Positions 26,230 through 34,977 are shown, counted from the stretch's first letter. The stretch: DNA of 38,427 nt from an uncultured Candidatus Saccharibacteria bacterium (GCA_964413615.1 CAYPSL010000002.1:1-38427); one strand, 5' to 3'. Numbers and translations are program-made. The notes: generated by a model from the letters alone, not told the origin.

Positions 26230-27401
26230 AGACTTATTATAGAATTAAGAACTTTTTCAGAGGCTGTTCCGTCTGTTGTGGTGATCATTTTCTTTACAGT
26301 AATATTGCGTTCTATGTCTTTGGCATGAGGATTTATTAGCGCGTCTCTTATTGAATTGAGTAATTCTTGATTAGATCGTACTACGTATGTTGCTCCATCG
26401 GAAATAAGATCTTTATAATGTTGCTTGAAGTCTCGGTACACCATTGATCTCCTCCAATTCCACCAATCAAACATCATCCCGTATCGAACATTCACGACGG
26501 GTACGTGAGCAATAAGTGATTCTAGTGCAGTAGTGGATGAGTGATTAATAAGCACCCCCGCATGGGAAAATATGCCCGCAAGAAGAAAAACATCTTCTTC
26601 TGTTGGCACGTATTTAAACGAAGGAATAGTACTATTTTCTCTTCTGCCAGGAGAGAAGCGGACAGTAACGCCATATTGCTCAAAGTTTTTGTAACGCTCT
26701 ATCGATCCTCCTGGATGAACCGAGGCGTACATGTATGGGTTCTTTGGAATACTTCCATTATCAATTCCGCGACGAATTGTTTTTACTAAATATTCCATTG
26801 GGTAAAGTTCGGTAGTTGAAATATGAACGAATGGGCGGGATAAATCTTCGAACCCCAGTGTTTTGTATACGGATTCCTTTGAAGCTATTTTGTCGTGTTG
26901 GGCAAAATAATCAAGCCTTGGCGCGCCAATAACTAAAATATTCTCTTCTGAAATGGAGGGGAGTATCCGTATAAGGTGCGATTTCATCATTTCGTTCCAT
27001 ACGATAAACTTGTCAGCAATAGCAATGGGAATACTAGAAGCGATGAGGCGATCAATTTTCCATACGTTATCCCAGCTAGCAATAAATGTAAGCGTTTTTA
27101 TTCCAAGCTTTTTTGCTATGCGTAGTATTGGCTCGTCTAAAGCGTCATGTCCAACTGTATTAGTAATTACAATATCTGGCTTCACTTCAGTAAAAAGCTT
27201 CTCATAACCCTCGTCTTTCTCGGGGTTTTTATGAAATATAAATTTTGAACCAAAATCAGTAAATATATTCGCAGAATCGGCTGCTCCGGGGCTTAGAATA
27301 TGTACTTCCGATACAATGCCTGATTTTTCTAGGTGGTGGCGTAAGGGTAATACAAGCTCTCGTAGGTGATAACCCGATGGAATAGAAAAAAGAAGTTTCA
27401 T
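26226..27401 (-). CDS. Cytoplasmic protein of unassigned family; possible GT-B-fold sugar or glycerophosphate transferase
   Basis: 391 aa with no TM segment. It has a two-halves Rossmann-like pattern (KLLFSIPSGYHLRELV..., PDIVITNTVGH..., LINHSSTTALESLIAHVPVVNV). It is translationally coupled (ATGA) on both sides within the operon. No diagnostic motif recognised. Confidence 0.35.
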   Translation of the reverse strand: MKLLFSIPSGYHLRELVLPLRHHLEKSGIVSEVHILSPGAADSANIFTDFGSKFIFHKNPEKDEGYEKLFTEVKPDIVITNTVGHDALDEPILRIAKKLGIKTLTFIASWDNVWKIDRLIASSIPIAIADKFIVWNEMMKSHLIRILPSISEENILVIGAPRLDYFAQHDKIASKESVYKTLGFEDLSRPFVHISTTELYPMEYLVKTIRRGIDNGSIPKNPYMYASVHPGGSIERYKNFEQYGVTVRFSPGRRENSTIPSFKYVPTEEDVFLLAGIFSHAGVLINHSSTTALESLIAHVPVVNVRYGMMFDWWNWRRSMVYRDFKQHYKDLISDGATYVVRSNQELLNSIRDALINPHAKDIERNITVKKMITTTDGTASEKVLNSIISL

Positions 27402-29554
27402 ACGCGTGTTCTTCTTGCGACAATAACGCAGATAGTAAGTATAAGCAAGCTACTTGCAGCGCCTACGTATAAGGGGATCGGACGGTATACAAAGCGAACA
27501 ATGCGCTCTCCTGCTGGCACTTCTACTGACCTAAAAAACAAAGGAGATTTTACAATAGAAAGTTCAATATCATTGCTATATGCACGCCAACCAGGATAAA
27601 ACGTATCACGAAGAATCAGCTGGGATGCTTTCTCTCCAAATGTTTCTATAAGTACTTCAGAAGATGAATCGGCAATAATCTTTGCTGTTCCGTTAATTCG
27701 CTCCACGCGTGATTTTGAAGGAAGGGTAGTAACAATAGCGGTGGCGCCTTCTCCGGGAGAAAGGAGTGCCCCTATGGTAAGCTCTTGGGCAAGAGAAGTG
27801 TCTTCTATTGAGTAAGGCTTTGTTGGGTGCAATTTTTCAAGCGCTGCCCCTTGCTCCGCTATATCGAGGGATGCTGGCCATTCGATTCCATGTATTCCGA
27901 ACTGAGAAGAAACCATGGGAACAAGGAGATTTTTTTGCAGTGCTCGAGTTTGATTATTCGCGCGAGAATCGGGATTTGTAAAATACGCACCAGTATCGCC
28001 ACCATCTCGCACTGAATATATTCGAGCATTGCGTGTCGTAACTACTTCGGGCAGCTGTTGCACTGTGGCGGGGATAGAAAGAATGTCTTTCCAGGGAATT
28101 GTGGGTGTGGTAAAGCTAGCAATACATACAAGATCAATAACGGTTAGTAGTAGGATAATCTGCTTCGCATGCCTTGAAGGGATGGCAAAGGAAAGAACGA
28201 GAGCGATAAAAAGCGGTATATATGAAAACGGAGATGCGATAGATACGCTATTTTTCTGGGCAGATGCAAGAAGAAGGACGATTTTTTCCATACCCTTTGA
28301 AGAAACAGTGTTGGTGTTAGATAAAAAAGATACAATATTAGTTCCAAAAAATAATGCAATATTTCCCACAAGCATTGCTCCAACGATGGCAATACATGAC
28401 AGGCGTACAAATTTTTGTATCTGAGAAGTGTTTTTTTGAAGAGCGTCTAACGCCATGCCTGCAAATATAGATGCTGAAAGCGTAGTAAAAAGTAGCCATC
28501 GAGCAGGTGCGGAAAATATCCATAAGGATGGCTCGATTCCAATAATTCGAAAAGGTGAAAGATTCCCTAGCGCCAGCAAAAAAGAGATTCCACCTAGCCA
28601 GGTGAAAAATTTTACCGACAGATCACCCCTGCGACTTCTTTGAAGGAGAAACCACAATGCAAATAAAAGAGGGATAACTCCAATGTATGAGCCATACTCT
28701 ATTTCTAAGCGCTTTCCCCAATAAGTATCGTCATTTCCATAAAATCTTGGGAATATAGTTGTTGGTATATGATACAGGGGGTAACTATGCTGGTTTGCGC
28801 GTATGATATCGAATCCACCGCTTGTACCGCGACTGGAAAGAATGGCAAGTTCCGCTGTTGGAAATAATTGAACGGCAGCAAACAAAAATGTTCCTAGTAA
28901 TATAGGCACAATAATGAACACTGCGTCTTGTATGCGTTTTTGGGGACGAAGATATATTCCGTACGCAAGTGAAATAAGCATAATAAGAAAGGGGATTTGG
29001 ATTTGGCCGATAAGAAAGGGAATCCCAAATAAGGCGATAAGAGTAACAATATCTTTTGCGTTAGTGGTTTTCTTTTGAAAAATGGTATGAACTGCAAGAA
29101 GCTGCCAAGGAAGCCATGCGATGCTTAAAAAAATATTGAGATGTGTAATGTGTTGCCAAACAAACTGAGAAAGCGTGAAAGAGAGCGCAGTAAATAAAGA
29201 GCCATCCTTGGATATCCCAAGACGCCTTGCAAAAAGAAAGATACCTATTGCGCAAGCGCAAACATGAAAAGCGATAACAAGTGGCAAGCCTAGCCAAATT
29301 GGTAAAAATCGAAATAAAAATAATACGGGATAAAAAAAGCCAATTTGAGCAGATGCTATAATGGGGAATCCGAACGATACTGCGCTATCCCATAAAGGTA
29401 ATTCTCCTATAATTTGCTTGTTGCGAAAAAATGTTTCAATTGGAATAAAAACGTCTCGCATGTCTCCTATGGCAAAAAACCTTCCAAATAAAAAAGGAAT
29501 AAGGGGCAATAATACGATGCCACATAGCGCCACTAGCCATGTTTTATTTTTCAT
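27398..29554 (-). CDS. Large polytopic membrane protein, YfhO-like GT-C candidate
   Basis: 718 aa. First loop FAIGDMRDVFIPIETFFRNKQIIGELPLWDSAVSFGFP, then many TM spans, a soluble C-terminal region and a final TM. It sits immediately downstream of a Dpm1/GtrB-type GT2, separated by a 3-nt gap. Confidence 0.55.
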   Translation of the reverse strand: MKNKTWLVALCGIVLLPLIPFLFGRFFAIGDMRDVFIPIETFFRNKQIIGELPLWDSAVSFGFPIIASAQIGFFYPVLFLFRFLPIWLGLPLVIAFHVCACAIGIFLFARRLGISKDGSLFTALSFTLSQFVWQHITHLNIFLSIAWLPWQLLAVHTIFQKKTTNAKDIVTLIALFGIPFLIGQIQIPFLIMLISLAYGIYLRPQKRIQDAVFIIVPILLGTFLFAAVQLFPTAELAILSSRGTSGGFDIIRANQHSYPLYHIPTTIFPRFYGNDDTYWGKRLEIEYGSYIGVIPLLFALWFLLQRSRRGDLSVKFFTWLGGISFLLALGNLSPFRIIGIEPSLWIFSAPARWLLFTTLSASIFAGMALDALQKNTSQIQKFVRLSCIAIVGAMLVGNIALFFGTNIVSFLSNTNTVSSKGMEKIVLLLASAQKNSVSIASPFSYIPLFIALVLSFAIPSRHAKQIILLLTVIDLVCIASFTTPTIPWKDILSIPATVQQLPEVVTTRNARIYSVRDGGDTGAYFTNPDSRANNQTRALQKNLLVPMVSSQFGIHGIEWPASLDIAEQGAALEKLHPTKPYSIEDTSLAQELTIGALLSPGEGATAIVTTLPSKSRVERINGTAKIIADSSSEVLIETFGEKASQLILRDTFYPGWRAYSNDIELSIVKSPLFFRSVEVPAGERIVRFVYRPIPLYVGAASSLLILTICVIVARRTRV

Positions 29555-29557
29555 ATC

Positions 29558-30262
29558 CTAGCCAAACAATCGCAACTTCCAGACAAGCAAGAGCGCCTCT
29601 CGTATAATTGCTTTACTCATCTTTGATTTTCCCTCTCGACGTTCCGTAAAGATAATAGGAACTTCTACAATACGTTTTTTTCTTTTCCACGCCCGGTGAT
29701 TCATTGCAATTTGAAATCCATATCCATCGGCACGCACGTTCTCCATATCGATACTCCTAAGGGTTTCTGCTCGCCACGCCTTAAATCCCCCCGTAGCGTC
29801 TTTAAAGGGCATTCCTGTTACGGTATTTACGTATATATTTCCAATTACGCTTATAAGCAATCGAGAGATTGGCCAATTGATTACGCTTATTCCATGTGAG
29901 TACCTGGATCCAATTGCAAGATCCGTATCTTGAAGCGCATGGAGTAGTCGGGGTATATCGGATGGATCATGGGAAAAATCGGCATCCATTTGAACAATGG
30001 CGTCTGCTCCGTGCCGCAGGGCATACGAAAATCCATCTATATATGCCGGGCCAAGGCCTTGTTTTTCTTTCCTTACGAGCAGGTGAAGGTTTGGGTATGC
30101 GGAAGAGAGGCTATCGACTATATTAGAGGTTCCATCAGGCGAATTATCGTCAACAATAAGTACCTTCATATTCTCTATAGAAAGAGAATATAGGGCCTTT
30201 ATCAGCTGTTCGACATTGCCTTTTTCATTGTACGTAGGAATAACTACCCAGGGTGATTTCAT
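29558..30262 (-). CDS. Polyprenyl-phosphate sugar synthase, GT2 Dpm1/Ppm1-type (second copy)
   Basis: 234 aa. VVIPTYNEKGNV, VLIVDDNSPDGT, QMDADFSH, IGSRY, GKSKMS. No TM segment. Confidence 0.85.
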   Translation of the reverse strand: MKSPWVVIPTYNEKGNVEQLIKALYSLSIENMKVLIVDDNSPDGTSNIVDSLSSAYPNLHLLVRKEKQGLGPAYIDGFSYALRHGADAIVQMDADFSHDPSDIPRLLHALQDTDLAIGSRYSHGISVINWPISRLLISVIGNIYVNTVTGMPFKDATGGFKAWRAETLRSIDMENVRADGYGFQIAMNHRAWKRKKRIVEVPIIFTERREGKSKMSKAIIREALLLVWKLRLFG

Positions 30263-30273
30263 AGGAATGTAGG

Positions 30274-31317
30274 TTAAGTATGCACTATATCTTGTAGAAC
30301 TGTCATTATCTCATCTACGGTGATCGCGGCAAGGCAGCTTTTTGTACTTTGCTTTCCCGGATTATTCCAATCTACATATCCTTGAACTCGCCACTCTTCC
30401 GGGGTCAGATTAATTTTTGTGGAGCCCTCTTTTAGGAATCCGAATACTGGTCCCGTGGGCCCTACTAACGTTGCGTGCTGCCTTGAGACGTCTTGGATGT
30501 ATCGATTTAAAAAGTATGATGGCGCGGCGCGATACAGGGGCTGATCGCACATAAGGGTGATTGTTTGAAGTCCAACTGCAGCAGCAAAATGAAGTGGCCC
30601 AGAAAGTACCCCAATTGCAACATCACAGTATGTAAGCGTCGCAATATTTTCTCGGAGGGTAAGAGGTCTTCCTTCGTAGTCGTGAAGAAATTTTGATCCG
30701 AACCAAATTGGCGAATGCCCATATTGTTTTTTGATGCGCTTCTCTAGTTCTACTAGTTTATTTGGATCCCACCCTCTGGTAGTTCTCCCTTCTATACTTT
30801 CCAATAAAACAATTCTTGGTTTTTGAAAATCTTCCATAACAGACGCTGCCACTTCTAAATCTTTTTTGGTAAGGTAGAGTCTATAGTTTGTATTAGTTTC
30901 TTCCGGCATTCCTATGTGATCATAAAGATGCTTCATGGGGTTTTCGTCCTGAAGAATTCCGATATCAAGCTCCCAAACTGCGTCATAGTTATGGGATTTT
31001 TTTTGTTTCTCGTAATATTTCTTACTCCAAGTTGGAAATGACAAACCCTCTTCTTTGCAGAGCGATCCACTAAGATCGGTTACGTTGTCATGAAAATGCA
31101 CAAGTTGATCAATATGGGGATTCGTCATCATAAGCGAAATAGAAAACCCGCCCTGGTTTCGCTTTCCCCATGCTCCGTATTTATCCTTAAATCCCCAAGC
31201 AGTGACAAGGGTAATGTGACTCTCGGGGTACTTTTTTTTAATTGTTTCAAGAATGGGCGGTACAAAAAACACAAGATCGCCCATATTTCCCACATGGCGA
31301 ATAAGGAATTTCTTCAT
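30274..31317 (-). CDS. Divergent GT9-like glycosyltransferase
   Basis: 347 aa. FLIRHVGNMGDLVFFVPPILETIKKKYPESHITLV matches the N-terminal GT9 pattern. C-terminal AIGVLSGPLHFAAAVGLQTITLM matches ..DSG..HLAAA.G.. but has Leu in place of Asp. Confidence 0.55.
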   Translation of the reverse strand: MKKFLIRHVGNMGDLVFFVPPILETIKKKYPESHITLVTAWGFKDKYGAWGKRNQGGFSISLMMTNPHIDQLVHFHDNVTDLSGSLCKEEGLSFPTWSKKYYEKQKKSHNYDAVWELDIGILQDENPMKHLYDHIGMPEETNTNYRLYLTKKDLEVAASVMEDFQKPRIVLLESIEGRTTRGWDPNKLVELEKRIKKQYGHSPIWFGSKFLHDYEGRPLTLRENIATLTYCDVAIGVLSGPLHFAAAVGLQTITLMCDQPLYRAAPSYFLNRYIQDVSRQHATLVGPTGPVFGFLKEGSTKINLTPEEWRVQGYVDWNNPGKQSTKSCLAAITVDEIMTVLQDIVHT

Positions 31318-32435
31318 ACTGCCATGCGCCTCTTTTTAATATCTACAATAAGCGCCTCCATCCGATTTTTTGAATTAAGATAACTATATTGCTCTAGACG
31401 ATCCTTTGCGGTGCGTACAATATCGCCATAATAAGAAGAGTCAGATAAAAGTTGCTTCCCCTGAAGAACAAGCTGGTCAACTGTGGTTTCTCGTTCTGAT
31501 AGAAGTTTAGGGAACAGGTCGTCCTGTCCATCCGAATTAGCACCTATACTTACAGTTCCAACGGCTGCACAATCTACTTGGACTCTTCCGCGAGTCTGTG
31601 TGTAGTCAGTGTTTATAACTAGCGCTACTTTCGAAAGCATTGCCAGATGTTCTTGCCATGGCTGAAAGGGAATAATGTCGTATGTAGAGCCGCTTAAATT
31701 TGTTACATCTAACTCCATTCCAGGAATTTCTGCCATCTGAATTCTGTAATGTGGAAATATTTTTTGAAGCTTTTTCGCAACTATCTGGCCTTTTGTTATT
31801 TCGTCTCTTCCGGTAACTCCCGCTACAAAAATAATATTACTTTTCTTTTCTCTTGGCTTAAACATAAGCGATGCATAATCCACCGGGTAAGGCTGGGGCA
31901 TATATATAACTTCAGTAGAAGTCATTTTTTTCCATATGGGCAATGTACGTCTTACTATAGTGAGGAACGTATCACACCTTTTCATAAACTCTTGTATTTC
32001 TTTTTTGCTATGGGGAGTTTTTTTCCAATGATCCTGCAGTATTCCATATGGTTGAGTAGGAACGCCAATAACAGCGCATTCTGGGTGATCTTTTCTTAAC
32101 TTGTCTAAAAATGCGACAAGCTCATGCCCATCCTGAATTTGATACACTACAAGCAGTGCATCGAACTGCTTGAGATAAGAGATGTCATAATTGGTATTCC
32201 ATGATCCAAAAAGGCGCTTTTCTACTCGTCGTACAAAGGAGGTAATGGGGTGAACTAATTCTCCGGAAATAAGTGCCGTGAGAGGAATATGCTCTCCCTC
32301 TAGGGCGGAAACGTAACAGCCGAAGCTCGTCGGATCTATTTCCTTAACAGGGTCACACAAATAGTTAGGACGCTCATGTGTATGTCGCCATATTTGTTTT
32401 GTTTTGCTTGAATATTCTATAACTGCAAACTTCAT
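31314..32435 (-). CDS. Cytoplasmic protein of unknown function; weak GT-B-like C-terminal half
   Basis: 373 aa with no TM segment. NIIFVAGVTGRDEITKG ... LVINTDYTQTRGRVQVDCAAVGTVSIGAN is loosely like the C-terminal domain of GT-B enzymes. ATGA coupling on both sides. Confidence 0.3.
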   Translation of the reverse strand: MKFAVIEYSSKTKQIWRHTHERPNYLCDPVKEIDPTSFGCYVSALEGEHIPLTALISGELVHPITSFVRRVEKRLFGSWNTNYDISYLKQFDALLVVYQIQDGHELVAFLDKLRKDHPECAVIGVPTQPYGILQDHWKKTPHSKKEIQEFMKRCDTFLTIVRRTLPIWKKMTSTEVIYMPQPYPVDYASLMFKPREKKSNIIFVAGVTGRDEITKGQIVAKKLQKIFPHYRIQMAEIPGMELDVTNLSGSTYDIIPFQPWQEHLAMLSKVALVINTDYTQTRGRVQVDCAAVGTVSIGANSDGQDDLFPKLLSERETTVDQLVLQGKQLLSDSSYYGDIVRTAKDRLEQYSYLNSKNRMEALIVDIKKRRMAV

Positions 32436-33982
32436 ACCCCTGATGATGATTTTTTAAATCTTTTTTGAAGCATGTCCATAAGCTCATGCATTTCTTCTAT
32501 CTTGAATGCATACGCAAGAGCTAAGTATAGTATACATCCCGTTGAAATAGGGATGAGTATGCTTAATCCATAAGGGAGCCGTATAGTGGAAATTACCCAA
32601 ATTGCCCCTGCGGAACATATGGAAATAGTTATTGTTTTTAGGTAGGAGGGATGAATAAAAATACGATGCGCATATGAGATAAAACGAGTCAAGTATAGGT
32701 AATAGAGTAATGCTGAAGACAATGGAACAAGAGATGATGCCAAGGCCAGCCCCGCAAATCCCATATGCGGCACAAATAAAGCAAAGAGAGAAATCGCCAC
32801 TGCTTGAGATGAAATAGTTATAGCGACAGCAGCCTTCGTCTCCTGAAGTGCAAGCACAGCATGACCCAAGATAGAACTAATCCCTGTAGTTGTCAGACCG
32901 AGCACTAAATAGAGAAGTGCCAGGCTTGTAAACTCAACATCTTGGGAAGAGAATGATCCACGTTCATAGAGAAAAGAAACGATGTCGTGCCTTAAAATAG
33001 CTACCGCTAGAATAAGGGGGAGTGTGGTAAATACAATAAGCCGCATCGAGCTCCCAATAGTATCCCTCATTCCAGATCTATCCTTTAAGCTAGCCTTTTC
33101 CGACAACAGGGGATAGATCACCATTGTTACTGAGTTTAAAAAGATAATTGTAATTAGTTGGGTAATTTTTTCAGCGTATTTTAGGGCGGATAAGCTGCCC
33201 TCAGTAAGAGATGAAACTAATACCCTGTACACGATGCCAGCACCCTGAGTCATTAAAACTGACAAAATAAAAGGGTATACCAACGTCGCAAGACTGCGTA
33301 TGGAGGGGTCTTTTACATTAATAAAAAAACGATATCGCATTCCTTTTCTTGTAAGGCCCCAAGCTAATATCAAAAGCTGAATGAAAGACCCAGCAACAAC
33401 ACCAACTGCGAAGGCATAAATGCCCAACGATTTAACGAGCAATAATATGCTAATAATAGAAATTGCAGGTGAAACTATCCGCAACGATGCTGGGAGGGCA
33501 AATTCCTTGAAGGAGTGCAGCATTGATGTTGCGAACTCAACAAGAAACAGGAAAAAGAACGAGGGAAGAAGTATTCTTAAGAGCGATACGGTAAGTGTGT
33601 ATGTTTCTCCGGTAAATCCCGGTGCAATAATTCTGATAAAGGCTCCAGAGCCTACCCATATAATGATAATGGCAATAATATACGCGAATGCCATTATATT
33701 TACGATATTAAGCCCAAGATCCCAAGCTTCTTTTGTCTTTTTCTGCGCAAGCCTATGAACAAATAATGGAATAAACACTGCGGTAATTGACCCACCCATA
33801 AGGAGCTTACCTAATAATTCCGATGTGGACTGGGCCATAAAAAATGCATCCGTTGTGCCGCTTGCCCCAAAATGATATGCAACAAGAAGCTGAAGAAAGA
33901 ATCCAACAATAGACCCAATAAATGCAGTTAGTCCGATAATTCCTGCTTTTTTTGCAGTGCCACGAAGTTCTTCTTTGCTCAT
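32432..33982 (-). CDS. murJ: MurJ/MviN-family (MOP superfamily) lipid-linked glycan flippase
   Basis: 516 aa and polytopic. N-terminal FFLQLLVAYHFGASGTTDAFFMAQSTSELLGKLLMGGSITAVFIPLF matches the MurJ N-terminal signature. Confidence 0.7.
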   Translation of the reverse strand: MSKEELRGTAKKAGIIGLTAFIGSIVGFFLQLLVAYHFGASGTTDAFFMAQSTSELLGKLLMGGSITAVFIPLFVHRLAQKKTKEAWDLGLNIVNIMAFAYIIAIIIIWVGSGAFIRIIAPGFTGETYTLTVSLLRILLPSFFFLFLVEFATSMLHSFKEFALPASLRIVSPAISIISILLLVKSLGIYAFAVGVVAGSFIQLLILAWGLTRKGMRYRFFINVKDPSIRSLATLVYPFILSVLMTQGAGIVYRVLVSSLTEGSLSALKYAEKITQLITIIFLNSVTMVIYPLLSEKASLKDRSGMRDTIGSSMRLIVFTTLPLILAVAILRHDIVSFLYERGSFSSQDVEFTSLALLYLVLGLTTTGISSILGHAVLALQETKAAVAITISSQAVAISLFALFVPHMGFAGLALASSLVPLSSALLYYLYLTRFISYAHRIFIHPSYLKTITISICSAGAIWVISTIRLPYGLSILIPISTGCILYLALAYAFKIEEMHELMDMLQKRFKKSSSGV

Positions 33983-34806
33983 ATGCCAATTCCGTATCGC
34001 ATTGTATGACTTGCAATATGCATAAGGTCAAGCAATGAAATGCCAAAAAGAATAATAAGAAGGGTTTGCGCAAAAGTATCTTGCAAACCGAGAAAGCGCT
34101 GCAACCGGTCAAGTCCAAATGACGCAAACCATGCGAGAGACGCAACTACGGCAATAATTGCTTTTGGATATGTTAGGGGGCCTGGTATAAACGCAAAGGC
34201 CATACTTATAACAAGTAAGGTGAAAAAAGTAGTTTCTATCTGCATTGAAACAAATCTTTTTTGAATCACCATGGAAAACCAAATACAAATACCGACAATT
34301 GCAAATAATGCTCCGGCAATTCCAATATACCCTCCTGCACTATGCGAAACACTTATTTGATTAGGGTCAATAAGCGCATCCCGCAAAGAAAGGATTTCTT
34401 GTTGCCCCTCAATAGATATAAAGGAGAGAGGGAGCCAAGTAGAGCAAGCAAACAAGCATGCGCCAAAAAAGGATGCAAGATATGTGCGACCAGCAATACG
34501 TAGTGCGATCCAAAAAAAGACCGCCAAGACCAAAAAGGAAACCATAAATATTGCATATGGTATATCTGCGTCGGGGGCGGATATGGAATGAAGCAAGGAA
34601 ATTGCAATAAGAAGCGTAAGGGAGGATACTAGTGGATTTTTTTTCACAAGATTCCATAGCAAAAACCAACTACCAACAATAAAGGAAAGTCCGCCGAGTT
34701 GTTTTGCAAATGTATCCTGCTCATCTACATTAATTATATAAAGTAAAAAGGTAGCTACAATAAACAAAATTCCTGTACCTATTTTTAAAATAGTATTTTT
34801 ATTCAT
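33979..34806 (-). CDS. Polytopic membrane protein, unknown function
   Basis: 275 aa with roughly 8 hydrophobic spans and no recognised motif. ATGA overlap with the downstream MurJ-like gene. Confidence 0.5.
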   Translation of the reverse strand: MNKNTILKIGTGILFIVATFLLYIINVDEQDTFAKQLGGLSFIVGSWFLLWNLVKKNPLVSSLTLLIAISLLHSISAPDADIPYAIFMVSFLVLAVFFWIALRIAGRTYLASFFGACLFACSTWLPLSFISIEGQQEILSLRDALIDPNQISVSHSAGGYIGIAGALFAIVGICIWFSMVIQKRFVSMQIETTFFTLLVISMAFAFIPGPLTYPKAIIAVVASLAWFASFGLDRLQRFLGLQDTFAQTLLIILFGISLLDLMHIASHTMRYGIGI

Positions 34807-34969
34807 ATCGTTTTCTTGCTATGTGTAGAACGCTAAATATACAAGCAAGAGCAATAGTCGCATACAAAGCTTCTGGAGAAAATAGGGCGGGCTGCAAATA
34901 TCGCGCAATACTAATCAAGAGAGCGGAAAAGAAGAATGCCCAAGCAAAGGTGTGTATGGTCTTCTTCAT
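34799..34969 (-). CDS. Possible small two-TM membrane protein (56 aa), below the ORF-track cutoff
   Basis: Manual translation gives MKKTIHTFAWAFFFSALLISIARYLQPALFSPEALYATIALACIFSVLHIARKRYE. Its TAA overlaps the start of the next gene by 8 nt (ATGAATAA). It fills an otherwise unexplained 171-nt gap in a tightly packed operon. Confidence 0.3.
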   Translation of the reverse strand: MKKTIHTFAWAFFFSALLISIARYLQPALFSPEALYATIALACIFSVLHIARKRYE

Positions 34970-34977
34970 AGGCAGCT

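Noticed and set aside
33979-34806. Calling the 275-aa polytopic protein a Wzy polymerase or O-antigen ligase because it sits between two flippases.
   Set aside because: It is shorter than typical Wzy/WaaL proteins, and I recognise no large periplasmic loop with conserved Arg/His residues. It is left as an unknown membrane protein.
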